The notes below the pieces were generated by a model. It made no database searches and was not told the origin of the DNA. It saw only the letters and a list, made by a program, of their open reading frames with translations. DNA of 64,000 bases, taken from the NCBI GenBank assembly GCA_951406725.2, contig OX597843.1:14818001-14882000 (forward strand), given 5' to 3'. The position numbers and the translations under genes were made by a program. This DNA is from Octopus vulgaris (lineage: Eukaryota). Shown here piece by piece: positions 1 through 16,890 of the stretch. Every line of letters starts with the position of its first letter. Position 1 is the first letter of the stretch.

Positions 1-1128
1 TATGTGTGTGTGTATGTATGTATGCATGTATGTATGTATGTATGTATGTATGTATGTATGTATGTATGTATGTATGTATGTATGTATGTATGTATGTATG
101 TATGTGTATGTATTTATGTATTTATGTATGTATGTATGTATGTGTATGTATGTATGTATGTATGTATGTATGTATGTATGTATGTATGTGTATGTATGTA
201 TATATGTATGTAAGTATGAATGCATGTATGTATGTATGAATGTATGTATGTATGTATGTATGTATGTATGTATGTATGTATGTATGTATGTATGTATGTA
301 TGTATGTATGTATGTATGTATGTATGTATGTATGAATGTATGTGTATGTATGTATGTATGTATGTATGTATGTATGTATGAATGTATGTATGAATGTATG
401 TATGTATGTATGTTTGTATGTATGTAAGTATGAATGCATGTATGAATGTATGTATGTATGTATGTATGTATGTATGAATGTATGTATGTATGTATGTATG
501 TATGTATGTATGTATGTATGTATGTATGTATGTATGTATGTATGTATGTATTTATGTATGTATGTATGTGTATGTATGTATGTATGTATGTATGTATGTA
601 TGTATGTATGTATGTATGTATGTATGTATGTATGTATGTATGTATGAATGTATGTATGAATGTATGTATGTATGTATGTTTGTATGTATGTATGTATGTA
701 TGAATGAATGTATGTTCATATGTATGTACGCATGTATGTATGTATGTGTATGTATATATGTATGTAAGTATGAATGCATGTATGTATGTATGTATGTATG
801 TATGTATGTATGTATGTATGTATGTATGTATGTATGTATGTATGTATGTATGTATGTATGTATGTATGTATGTATGTATGTATGTATGTATTTATGTATG
901 TATGTATGTGTATGTATGTTCCGTTGGTCGGATCAACCGGAACCCTAGTCGTCGTAACCGACGGAGTGCTTCCATCCATGTATGTATGAATGTATGTATT
1001 TTTGTATATATGTACATAGGTATGTGCGTATGTATGTATGTATGTATGTATGTATGTATGTATGTATGTACGTATATATGTATATATGTATGTACGTATT
1101 TATGTAAGTATGTATATATGTATTTATG

Positions 1129-1160
<32 letters not shown>

Positions 1161-1420
1161 AATGTATGTATGTATGTATGTATGAATGTATGTATGTATG
1201 AATGTATGTATGTATGAATGTATGTATGTGAGTGTATGTATGTATGTATGTATGTATGTATGAATGTATGTATGTATGTATGAATGTATGTATGTGAGTG
1301 TATGTATGTATGTATGAATGTATGTATGTGAGTGTATGTATGTATGTATGAATGTATGTATGTGAGTGTATGTATGTATGTATGTATATATGTATGTATA
1401 TATTTATGTATATGTGCAGA
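1..1420. repeat. (TATG)n microsatellite with variant units, interrupted by a SINE 3' fragment at ~919-977
   Basis: Directly visible tetranucleotide array. Confidence 0.97.
919..977 (+). mobile_element. 3' tail fragment of SINE family B
   Basis: gttccgttggtcggatcaaccggaaccc...gtcgtaaccgacggagtgcttccatcc matches the 3' end of the copy at 16390-16779. Confidence 0.85.
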
Positions 1421-1439
1421 TTTGTATGTTTTGAAGTTT

Positions 1440-1830
1440 TATTTAGGCATAGTGTATCTTGGACTACATTATTTAAAGTGTCCTTCTTTAATGCTGTTGT
1501 TTAACCCCAGGTCTGTCTGGATCCAGCAGACCGTTGGCCAAAGATGTTCCAGCTGTGACCAACCTGCCTTTTAATCAGTCATGGTGTATCTAAGACTACA
1601 ACATCTAATGTATCCTTCTGTGTTGTTGTTGCTGTTTAACCCCAGGCCAGACCTGATCCAGCAGACCTATGATCACTATAAGGCTATCCTATCTTTTATT
1701 CAGGCACAATGTATCTAGGACTACGTTATCTAATGTCCTTCCTTGTTTTTTTATTGTTTTTGACCCAAGGTAACATTTAAACAAACAAACCCTATGAATC
1801 AAAGACACTCCATCCATGACATTCTCGTCT
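1440..1830 (-). repeat. About 3 degenerate copies of the ~132-bp unit of the 21.4-23.0 kb array, in opposite orientation
   Basis: Shared motifs ggactacatta, ttgtttaaccccaggtc, atccagcagacctatgatca. Confidence 0.8.
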
Positions 1831-1861
1831 TTTTTCCATCTTACATTATGCAAAAAAATAT

Positions 1862-2535
1862 GGAGCAGGTGCTGAAAAGCTCCTGGCTTTAAGGGCTTTG
1901 CTGAAAAGCTCCTGGTTTTAAGGGCTTTGCTGAAAAGCTCCTGGTTTTAAGGGCTTTGCTGAAAAGCTCCTGGTTTTAAGGGCTTTGCTGAAAAGCTCCT
2001 GGTTTTAAGGGCTTTGCAAAGGGCCTGGCTGGAGGGTCAACCTTCTGAATTCTTTTACAGGGCTTAGAAAAACTGCAATAAGTGTGCAATAAGTGTACAA
2101 TAGGCGTAGGAGTGGCTGTGTGGTAAGTAGCTTGCTTACCAGCCACACAGTTCCGGGTTCAGTCCCACTGTGTGGCACCTTGGGCAAGTGTCTTCTACTA
2201 TAGCCTCGGGCCGATCCAAGTGGATTTGGTAGACGGAAACTGCAGGAAGCCCATCGTATATATGTGTGTGTGTGTTTGTGTGTCTGTGTTTGTCCCCCCA
2301 ACATTGCTTGACAACCGATGCTGGTATGTTTACGTCCCCCGTAACTTAGCAGTTCGGCAAAAGAGACCGATAGAATAAGTACTGGGCTTGCAAAGAATAA
2401 GTCCTGGGGTCGATTTGTTTGACTAAAGGCGGTGCTCCAGCATGGCCACAGTTAAATGACTGAAACAAGTAAAAGAGTAATAGATGTGTGAATTTTCTTT
2501 TTTCCCCAAAGCCAGGAACTTTTCAGCCCCCGTCA
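1862..2535. mobile_element. Mariner-derived MITE with the left TIR amplified as 5 x 29-bp tandem repeats and a nested SINE
   Basis: Left gctgaaaagctcctggcttt versus right aaagccaggaacttttcagc (inverted); internal sequence matches the mariner-like ends at 56860 and 59228. Confidence 0.7.
2101..2481 (+). mobile_element. tRNA-derived SINE family A, near full length
   Basis: A box TGGCTGTGTGG, B box GGTTCAGTCCC, CCTTGGGCAAG body, internal (TG)n; more than 8 copies in the window. Confidence 0.88.
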
Positions 2536-2679
2536 CTCATATTGTGAAGTTTGAGGGACGTTTAACTTCTATTTCTAGTAGAGCAAGCAACCTGCTAGAA
2601 GCATGGCACCCTCACAAGGAAGTTTTGTGATGTTTACAGCTGGAAAGAGAACCGTCACTGTGGAAGTACGATTGTATAT

Positions 2680-3650
<971 letters not shown>

Positions 3651-3959
3651 CACTTCTCATACTTTTCTACCAAAGTAGTAACATTATCCAAATATTATTG
3701 AAATATTTTCCGATTAATATTAATTAAAAAAACAACATATTTTAACGAGTATTGAAGAATTTGAAACCGATGAAACGAAGAATGTATACTCACTGAAGAG
3801 AGAGATACTCTGAGTGGGAGCAGAGCCAGAGTGGGAAATGGCCTGCAACAGCAGAGGAATCCTCGGAATATATCTGAGAATGAGTTCTTAGCATTCCACC
3901 GAATCGAATGTTGAGATGTAATGGGTTGGGTTGGGTTGGCAGAGGGGGAGACTGAGAGG

Positions 3960-6927
<2,968 letters not shown>

Positions 6928-6989
6928 TAGCATTTCGCCCGGCGTGCTAACGTTTCTGCCAGCTCGCCGCCTGTATGTATATATATATA

Positions 6990-7257
<268 letters not shown>

Positions 7258-7384
7258 TATATATATATATATATACACATATATATATTTGCCTGTATAT
7301 ATATATATATGTAAGCATACATATACACGCATACACATATACATACATATATATGTGTCTATGATGTGTGTGTGTGGGGGAAGG

Positions 7385-7530
7385 GGTACATGTGGCTTAG
7401 TGGTTAGGATCTTGCAGCCATGATCTCTAGATCATGGGTTCAATTCTCAGACTGGGTGGTTTGTGGTCTTGAGCAAAACACTTCATTTCACATTGCTCAG
7501 CAGGTGTGAGAGTGACAGCATTGTTGCTGC
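7385..7530 (+). mobile_element. tRNA-derived SINE head (family C), truncated
   Basis: TGGCTTAGTGG A box, GGTTCAATTC B box, cttgagcaaaacacttcatttcacattgctc CORE-like body. Confidence 0.7.
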
Positions 7531-7756
7531 ACATACACACATACATACATACATACATACATACATACATACATACATACATACATACATACATACACAC
7601 ATACACACATACATACATACATACACACATACATACATACATGCGTATACATGTATGTATACATGTATGTATACACACATACATACATACACATATACAC
7701 ATATACACACATACATACATGCATACATATATACATATATGCATACATATATATAT

Positions 7757-8144
<388 letters not shown>

Positions 8145-8147
8145 TGA

Positions 8148-8480
8148 TAGAAATGGTAAGACAATGAAAGAGACTTCGATATTATGTAAATAGAGGAATT
8201 TATCTGTAAATGTAATATGAGACAATTACTCGTTAGCCATGATAAAACTCCGAGTTTCAGATGTCAAGGTGGAAGTCCATGCCGCCATCTCTTCAATTAT
8301 CCGGCCACAGGAAAAATGCTATGAAAATGACCGTTAAACAAAGGGTAATTACTGTGTGATTGACCATTATTAAGACAAAAGAGCTATTTGAATGACCGCT
8401 AAGTAAGGGGGTAAAAAGTTCCTAGTATTCGCGTAAGCTCGCATGCCCATACGTACACATGTGCACCTGCACATCCACGT
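8148..8480 (-). mobile_element. Penelope-like pLTR family E with a decayed hammerhead (8241-8301)
   Basis: Matches copies at 9380-9595, 12040-12345 and 19005-19275; minus strand gataa-TTGAAGA-gatg..catc-t-GAAA-ctcggag-TT-ttatc. Confidence 0.65.
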
Positions 8481-8727
8481 GCATGCGCCTAAAAGTATAC
8501 ATTCATCCACCCTCACTTGAAAAACGTACACATCTTCACTCTCATCCTTCGTATATGTATATACATACATACAAACCTGCACACACACACACACACCATA
8601 AAGGTTCATACACACGTCTATATACACACAAGCACAAGAAAAAACAGGGTTAAGGGTAACAACACAGAAAAAGGTACAAAGAGGTATACAAAGAGTAAAC
8701 CACGTCTATATACGCACATACCATCTT

Positions 8728-9340
8728 GAAACCAAAGAACAATCAAGGCAGTGGAAGTACATATATTCTCCTACCCCAAAGAAGGCCAGGGTCATTCCTT
8801 CAGCTGGCAAGGTCATGGCATCAGGTTTTGGGATTCTCAAGGTGTCTTGCTGATCGATTACCTTGAAAAGGATCATACCGTGACAGGGCTGTATTATTCT
8901 CAGCTACTGTAATGCCTCTGAGAAGCAATCGAAGAAAAATGTCCAGGAATGCTCACCAGGGGAGTCCTTTTTCATCACGACCATGCTCCAGCCCACACCT
9001 CAGTGGTTGCCATGGCAACAATTCGTTATTGAGGATATGAACTTGTTCCCCATCTGCCTTATTTGCCAGACTTATCCCCCTCTGACTTTCATCTATTCCC
9101 CAAAATGAAAAAAGCCCTGGCTGGTCCCCATTTTGCCAGTGACAATGACGTCATAGACACTGTACTAAGTTTCTTGGAGTCTCAAACAAAGGAGTTCCTC
9201 TACACCAGGATAATGGCACTTCAGCACCACTGGAGAAAGTGTTCAACCATGAAAGGGGACTATGTTGAAAAATAAATCATCAGAAGTCTTGTACTATGGT
9301 TTGTTTTTTTGAGGCTCAAAACTTTTCATATGTCCCTCAT
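8728..9340 (+). pseudogene. Mariner (DD34D, irritans-like) transposase C-terminal pseudogene plus right end
   Basis: Translates SAGKVMA..WDSQGVLLIDYLEK..HDHAPAH..YLPDLSPSDFHLFPKMKK..GDYVEK* with stops and frameshifts. Confidence 0.92.
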
Positions 9341-9341
9341 G

Positions 9342-9379
<38 letters not shown>

Positions 9380-9380
<1 letters not shown>

Positions 9381-9590
9381 CTGTAAAATAATATATATAT
9401 ATGTAAAATAATATGTGACAATTATTCGGTAGCCAAGAAATGGTGTTGTGGATTTCCACCTCGGCATTTGAAACTCAGAGTTTTTTCTTGGCTACCAAAT
9501 AATTGTCACATATTATTTCACAGATAAATTTCCTCTATTTAAATAATATTGAAGTCTCTTTCTTTCTTTTGTTATCTTACCGTTTCTTAC

Positions 9591-9595
<5 letters not shown>
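9380..9595. mobile_element. Family E pLTR fragment with a partial inverted duplication
   Basis: aataatatgtgacaattattcggtagccaagaaa / tttcttggctaccaaataattgtcacatattatt inverted arms. Confidence 0.7.
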
Positions 9596-9631
<36 letters not shown>

Positions 9632-9759
9632 GTTGATTCAAGAAAGTTATATCCTCATTAAGGATTATATAATTCACCATATTCCACAGGTTAATCTCTA
9701 TCAAATGATGTGAAAGTCACTGGTGTATGTGAGAGATTACTGTAATTATAGATTACCAT

Positions 9760-9760
9760 A

Positions 9761-9815
<55 letters not shown>

Positions 9816-9855
9816 ATGTATGTATATATATATATATTATATATATATATATATG

Positions 9856-9894
<39 letters not shown>

Positions 9895-9918
9895 TATATA
9901 TATATACATGAATGTATG

Positions 9919-10007
<89 letters not shown>

Positions 10008-10016
10008 GTATGTATG

Positions 10017-10067
<51 letters not shown>

Positions 10068-10379
10068 CTTTTAACTTCTTAAACTCACTAATACTCTGTA
10101 TGCAGTCCCATAAGCTCACAATAACCCTGAAGAAGTCCTACCCCATATATCCCCATATATTTAAAATATGATACCTTTCTAAGCCTTCAACCAAATGATT
10201 AACATTTCTGGTCAGTTAGGGGATTAAACTGAAACATATAGGTAGACTTTTTTATTTTTCTTTTTTTGAGGTTTACAACTTGTGACCAATTTATTTTACT
10301 TTTAAAAGAAATTTTCAAAATTTTAGAACATACAAATGTATTATTCATTTGTCCATTTTTCTCTATTTTCTTTTCCTTC

Positions 10380-10444
<65 letters not shown>

Positions 10445-11105
10445 CAAACAGAAACACATACATAAGTACAAAACAAAGAAACACATATACGTACACATAC
10501 ACACTCATGTACACTTGCACACACACACACATATATACACACATATACACACATCCTTACACATATATAAATGCACCTAGAAATATACATACATTCATAC
10601 CTACACACACATGAGCATACATACATACAAACATACACACACAGTTACATGCATGCATACTTGGATACATACATACATACAAACATACATACATACATTC
10701 ATGCATGCATACATACATACATACATACATACATACATACATAAATACATACATACATACATACATACATACATACATACATGCACACATACATACATAC
10801 ATGCATACATACATATATACATACATGATTACATACATGCATGCATGCATACATATATATATGCATACATACACATATACATATGTGCATACATGCATAC
10901 ATACATACATACATGCATATATACATACATGGATGCATGCATTCATACATACATATATGCATACATACATACACACATACATACCTACATACATACATAC
11001 ATACATACATACATACATACACACATACATACACACACATACATTACATACATACATACATACATACGTATATACATACATACCTACCTACATACACACA
11101 TACAC
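9760..11105. repeat. (TA)n, (CA)n and (CATA)n microsatellite blocks with short spacers
   Basis: Directly visible. Confidence 0.93.
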
Positions 11106-11429
11106 TATGACTGCCAACAGCATTTTTGGTGCACACACACACGCATAAATAATTGCACAACCTCACCTGCAGACGTCTGCACACCTCCATACATGCATTA
11201 ACTAAACAAATGGTGTATACCTAACCGTACATACATTCACGTACGCTCCTCCCATGTCAGGACGATTGCCAACACCAGAAATTAACGTCAGTAAAACTTT
11301 AACAAATGCCATTTACATATATTCCCCAAACTGAAGAAATATTGCTTCAAGACAGAATTTAAAATTCCAATGCTTTGCAGTTCTTGAATATCGTATGTCT
11401 GCAAAAAAAAAATCTCTCATCAACCTCTG

Positions 11430-11940
11430 ACCCTTTTGACCCTTTTGATATCCACCTGCTCGTGATCACCTCTTGTTCTATGATACAAATTTCTTATTCA
11501 AAAGTGTTTTAAATTAAATCCTTCCATCAAAATTTTATGCTAATTTATGCTAATTTATGCTAATTTATGTTCCAAACATCCGCTTAATTCTGTTCATACA
11601 AACTTCCTGTTTTAAAATGATCGAAATAAAAATTTTCTTTCATCAAAATTTCTTGTTAATTTATGTTCCAAACACCAGATTAATTAATGACAAAGTTATT
11701 TCATTAAATTTTTCGTTAATTTTCAAAATTGATTGAATCAAAGTTAGTGAGTTTTGACTGAATTGTCTTAATTCTGTGGTTCAGTTTCCAGATCTTTCCA
11801 TTATCCTTGTCTTAACCCTTTTGATATCAAACTTACTCTGGACCACATTTGTATTTATGATACAACCTTCCTGTTTTAAAGTGATTTAAATTCAAACTTT
11901 CCATCGAAATATTTTGCTTTTTTCTGTTCCAAACATTTTT
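11430..11940. mobile_element. Degenerate, partly tandem copies of a piggyBac-like MITE
   Basis: TTAA-CCCTTTTGATA terminus at ~11812; three repeats of atacaaacttcctgttttaaa...catcaaaattt...tgttccaaaca. Confidence 0.5.
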
Positions 11941-12039
11941 TCTTCAAACGGGAATATAAATGGAAGAAAAAAACTAAAAACTAAAATGAAGCACTTAGAG
12001 GAGATAGTACTGGCCCGGGTCAAAAGGCCGACTGCTGGA

Positions 12040-12339
12040 AGACCCTGTCGCACAACGGGCACGCATGTGTATGCATGGACATGCGCACTGAAGCAGTTAC
12101 CATGAATATTTTTACCCCCTTACCTTTATTCCCTCCTCTTACTTAGCGGTCATTCTAAAATCACTTTCGTCTTAATAATGGTCAATCACACTGTAATTTC
12201 CCATTGTTTTAACGGTCATTTTCATAGCATTTTTTTGATGGCCTGACACTGAAGAGATGGCGGCATGGGTCTCTTCCCCGACATCCGAAACTCGGAATTT
12301 TATCATGGCTACCAAATAATTGTCACATATTATATTTAC

Positions 12340-12345
<6 letters not shown>
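12040..12345 (+). mobile_element. Penelope-like pLTR family E with hammerhead motif (12245-12304)
   Basis: CTGAAGA-gatggcgg..ccgacatc-c-GAAA-ctcgga; reverse complement of 8148-8480. Confidence 0.7.
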
Positions 12346-12378
<33 letters not shown>

Positions 12379-12382
<4 letters not shown>

Positions 12383-12533
12383 CAAAAGAAAAACAGGATG
12401 CAAAAGATTTAGTGGTACATATGTTTCTGGCTTTATTGGACAGTTTATATCAATGCATAATTGATGTAATATGTATGTCAATAGCCTTCTTCAGCCGCGC
12501 ACAATTACCACACCAAAGACATGTATTACATTA
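12379..12533 (-). mobile_element. Repeat family F (probable PLE pLTR)
   Basis: Near-identical to 53489-53646; contains a hammerhead. Confidence 0.75.
12412..12498 (-). ncRNA. Minimal type I hammerhead ribozyme (family F)
   Basis: gcgg-CTGAAGA-aGGCtattg...caataaaGCCa-GAAA-CATATG-TA-ccac. Confidence 0.7.
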
Positions 12534-12675
12534 TATATATATATATATATATACACATACATGCATATATATGTATATATATGTGTATATTTGCATATAT
12601 ATATATATATATATATACACATACATACATGCATATATATGTATATATATGTGTATATTTGCATATATATATATA

Positions 12676-13055
12676 CTAGCAGTATCGCCCGGCGTTGCTC
12701 AGGTTTGTAAGGGAAATAACTATAAAGCATCTTTAGAGAGTTATAGCCAAAAAATAGCAAAAAAATGGAAAAAAAATGATGGTAAATTTTTTTTGAGATT
12801 TAAAAAAGGTGGAGTTGCGTCCCCTAGACAGTTTGTGGTTCGTGTTTCTGATTCTCGACCCCATATCAAATTTATCGATTTTTTTCAGAACTGGGGAACT
12901 TTTCAAAATTTTCGCTGCGTTAGTTTTGAATTATGACATTGGGCTATGTGTGTGTCAAGTTTCATCAGAATCGGTTGAAAGCCGTGGTCAGGGTGAGGGT
13001 ACAACCTGACAGACACACAGAAACACACACAGACAAACTGCCGTTTATATATAGA
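12676..13055 (-). mobile_element. Non-autonomous Helitron
   Basis: Minus strand begins TCTATATATAAA after an A, has an internal (CTGT)-like tract, a subterminal hairpin cctgagcaacgccggg, and ends CTAG before a T (A/T target, no TSD). Confidence 0.8.
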
Positions 13056-13542
13056 TATATATATATATATATATATATGGCCAATGCCCAAAGAATGATA
13101 CAAGAGCGCAAAGCTCAGCTCAGTATACATACTCCGAGTGTACCACCAGGAGTCGTGGGTAGTGTGGTAGTTTTCCTTCAAACATTTCTATACTGATTGA
13201 CACTGTTAGCTGCATTAGATACACTGCCTGTTTTTCAAGCATCAAGGACAATGCTAGTGTTACACAGTCAGACGCTGTTGGTTCCTTCCAAAAGTGGCCA
13301 CCAAGCTGATTGGCATGACAGTCTTCATTGAAATACCAATTTCTGGTCCACAGACATGTTGTCCCCTTTACTCTTCTTTCCTATCATTACTATATACAGT
13401 GACCTCTTCTCCTGAGAGCTGGCTGGTTATTGTGCTTCTGTCCTCAGTCTTACCCGACCAATCTTTCCTCCCCAAAATATCATTTCTCTGAAATTCCCTC
13501 CCAGTCCCATGTTTTTTTTGCTGCTGTCTTAAAATATCAAGC

Positions 13543-13674
13543 ATAGGTGTGGCTATGTGGAAAGAAGTTTGCTTCCCAACCACATGGCTTTGGGTTCAGT
13601 CTTGGGCAAGTATCTTCAGGCCGACCAAAGACTTGTGAAGGGGACTTGTAGATGAAAACTGAAAGAAGCCCTTG

Positions 13675-13680
<6 letters not shown>
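13543..13680 (+). mobile_element. SINE family A 5' portion (degenerate)
   Basis: gtggctatgtgg..ggttcagtc..ggaaactgaaagaagccc-like motifs. Confidence 0.75.
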
Positions 13681-13730
<50 letters not shown>

Positions 13731-13734
13731 ATCA

Positions 13735-14288
13735 CAGGACAAGTGAGTCCATAACCCGTGGCCTTCTACATGGGATGGAGCCAGCCTACGTATGCATACC
13801 TTCCCTTCTTGGGACACAAAACTCTACTTGTGAAGACCTGTTGAGGCAAGTGAGGATCAGAATCGAAATCGATCAATGGAAATTGCAGATGTGTTACCAG
13901 TGCCGGTGGCATGTAAGAGAACCTTCCGTTTTGCGATTGTTGCCAGCGCCGCCCCGACTGGCCTCATGCCGGTGGCACGTAAAAAGCACCTTCCGTTCGT
14001 GTCCGTTGCCAGCCTCGCCTGGCCCCCGTGCCGGTGGCACATAAAAACCACCATCCGTTCATGGCCGTTTACCAGCTCTGTCTGGCACCTGTGCGGGTGG
14101 CACGTAAAAAGCACCCACTACACTCGCGGAGTGGTTGGCATTAGGAAGGACATCCAGCTGTAGAAACACTGCCAGATTTGACTGGGCCTGATGAAGCCTT
14201 CTGGCTTCACAGACCCCAGTAGAACCGTCCAACCCATGCTAGCATGGAAAATGGACGCTAAACGATGATGATGATGATGATGATGATT
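13735..14288 (+). mobile_element. Family D long copy (RTE-like 3' UTR with internal tandem units)
   Basis: Repeated gtgccggtggcacgtaaaaagcacc units, AGGAAGG.CATCCAGCTGTAGAAA, (GAT)n tail; matches the reverse complement of 46064-46636. Confidence 0.8.
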
Positions 14289-14748
14289 GATATATATATA
14301 TATATATATACATACATACATACATATATATATATATACACATATATATATACATGTAAAGTTAATCCAAACATGAAAACAAAAAGAGAAAACACAACAA
14401 TGCGAGGATGTGGAATAAATATAGTATTATTGGACGCCCAAAAGGAAGGGAAGAAGGAGGGTTTATGTATATATAAGTATATATATATATATATATTAGA
14501 AGAAATGAGGTACTCAGAAATCTGGATGGTTTTATATTTACAGATAGTTATTAGCATGTTACATGTTTTTATAAATCATATATCATGTATTAGTGCTTTC
14601 GTTCACTCTAGTGGAGTTTTCAAATTGAACTTTTGCAGGAATTTTGTCTCTTTTTATTGAGTGTGTAGGGGTGGAGGGAGATATAAGATAGTACAAGAGG
14701 GTGAGGAATGGGGAGAAAGAGAGAGAGAGAGAGAGAGAGTGTGTGTAT

Positions 14749-14780
<32 letters not shown>

Positions 14781-14989
14781 TTTTGTATCGGAAAATAGTC
14801 TTAAAGAAAAAGAGAAGGAAAGAAAGAAGGAGAGAAAGAAGAAAAATGCGTTGATATCTTTGCAGCTGGCCAGTCTTTCAATAGTAAGTGATTCTTGGCT
14901 TTTAGAAATGGCAAGCCCAGCTGGACACTCCAAGGGGGGCAAAATGTCACTTCTCAAAAAATTGTTTGGATTTCTTTTTTTCATTGTTT

Positions 14990-15023
<34 letters not shown>

Positions 15024-15335
15024 TGTGTGTGTGTGCGTGTGTGTGTGTGTATGGGTGCCTGTGTATCTGGAAGGGGTGTTGCTGGAGAAGAGAAGAAAGA
15101 AGAAAGAGTGGAAGAAATAATTGTGTTGACATTTATACCACTGTCCAGTTCTTTCAATCCAATGTTTGATTCCTGTGATGACATGGGATAGAGAATCTGG
15201 ATAAGAGATTGTTTTTATTTATGTATATGTACATATGTGTAGAACTCTGTGTGTGTGTGTGTGTGTGTGTGTTTAATACAATTTACTTTACAAAATTGGT
15301 CCTTCATCTAGTACAAATTATTATAGAAATATTTT

Positions 15336-15481
15336 CAGCCATTCAATTTGGGGGAGAACTTAGTTATGAAATATTTTTCCATATTTCTCCTGAAGGAGGT
15401 GTCATTCGTTGGACATTTGTAGAAGGGAAAGATCTTAAATTTTCACTCTCCACATGTATTTAGGTGTTTACTTAGTGGAAT
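15336..15481 (-). pseudogene. Penelope-like GIY-YIG endonuclease C-terminal remnant
   Basis: Minus frame IPLSKHLNTCGE*KFKIFPFYKC...RRNMEKYFITKFSPKLNG*, a typical PLE EN end (H..C, E..FI, P.LN). Confidence 0.7.
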
Positions 15482-15516
15482 CTACATACACACACACTTA
15501 CAAAAACAACACAAAT

Positions 15517-15620
<104 letters not shown>

Positions 15621-15664
15621 GTGAAAGAATGGAGTTGAACGACGATTTAACAAAATTCCTTTAT

Positions 15665-15745
15665 TCTCAACATATGTTTCGAAGACTGCATATTCCTTAT
15701 TCCAAAGGAATAAAGGGTGCATTATGCCGCCTTCTCATCAGGAAA
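15665..15745 (-). ncRNA. Type I hammerhead ribozyme with extended helix II
   Basis: tttc-CTGATGA-GAAGGC..TGCA..TTATTCC/GGAATAA..TGCA-GTCTTC-GAAA-CATATG-TT-gaga. Confidence 0.8.
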
Positions 15746-16076
15746 GACAAGGAACTTATGTCAGCATCATGACGAACAAAAACTTTTAGATGACTGCCAT
15801 AGTGATAATGAGTGTTTCTTTAAAATATTCCGTTATAAGCCATACTAGGATAATTCATTCAACTACTTATATATATATATATATTATATTAATATATACA
15901 CTGATATATATTTTGTTTTATTTTGTTTTGTTTACCTTGCATTATTGTATCAATGAGTATTATATATGTGTAGCATTATGGAGTTCATGCACAAGTTTTT
16001 ATATTTTAAATTTTTATATTTTTATATTTATATGTATATGGAAAAATAATTTTTTCACAATTATAACAAATTAAAT

Positions 16077-16186
16077 TCTCTGAAGAGGCCGTGGGGCATC
16101 CTTGTTAATGCCTCATTTATACCTGCCTTTATGGCTTATAGGTTAAATGAGGTATGACTGCCCTTACTGCCGAAACAGCTGTCAGA
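16077..16186 (+). ncRNA. Type I hammerhead ribozyme with an ~85-nt helix II
   Basis: TCT-CTGAAGA-GGC..GGGGCA..ATGCCTCATTTA/TAAATGAGGTAT..TGCCCT..GCC-GAAA-CAGCTG-TC-AGA. Confidence 0.85.
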
Positions 16187-16389
16187 TATGATATAATTAC
16201 ATATTATATTTTATATTTTATATTTATATTTCCTTGTCTATTTACATTTACTATATATTTTGTATAATGCCTTTACTGATATGTAATGGTGTAATAAAGT
16301 ATTGATTGGGTATCATCTGATAGTTGATGTTTTATTGATTTAAGTATGCTTCTCCATTTTCTAATTTTGTAGTATATATATATATATAT

Positions 16390-16779
16390 GGGCAATGGGC
16401 AATGGCCCAATGGTTGGGGCAGTGGACTCGCGGTCATAGAATCGCGGTTTCGATTCCCAGACCGGGCGTTGTGAGTGTTTATTGAGCGAAAACACCTAAA
16501 AGCTCCACGACGCTCCGGCAGGGATGGTGGTGATCCCTGCTGTACTCTTTCACCACAACTTTCTCTCACTCTTACTTCCTGTTTCTGTTGTACATGTATT
16601 TCAAAGGGCCGGCCTTGTCACTCTCTGTGTCACGCTGAATATCCCCGAGAACTATGTTAAGGGTACACATGTCTGTGGAGTGCTCAGCCACTTACACGTT
16701 AATTTCACGAGCAGGCTGTTCTGTTGATTCGGATCAACCGGAACCCTCGTCGTCGTAACCGACGGAGTGCTTCCATCCA
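16390..16779 (+). mobile_element. tRNA-derived SINE family B, full length
   Basis: TGGCCCAATGG A box, GTTTCGATTCCC B box; near-identical copy at 34900-35222. Confidence 0.88.
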
Positions 16780-16890
16780 TATATATATATATATATACAC
16801 ATATATATATATATATATATATACATATATATATGTATATACATATATATATATATACACGCACACACACACAGCACACACACACACATA

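Noticed and set aside
14866-14883. 18-nt microexon (ttgcAG...GTAAGT)
   Set aside because: Upstream sequence is purine-rich with a very short pyrimidine tract; such site pairs are expected by chance in 64 kb.
15139-15196. Minus-strand exon SLSHVITGIKHWIERTGQ
   Set aside because: Weak donor (GTATAA), no recognised homology, and it lies just downstream of a PLE remnant.
16390-16470. tRNA genes (also at 2101, 55006, 57618 and 58815)
   Set aside because: The A/B boxes are SINE heads that continue into repeat bodies; no complete cloverleaf.
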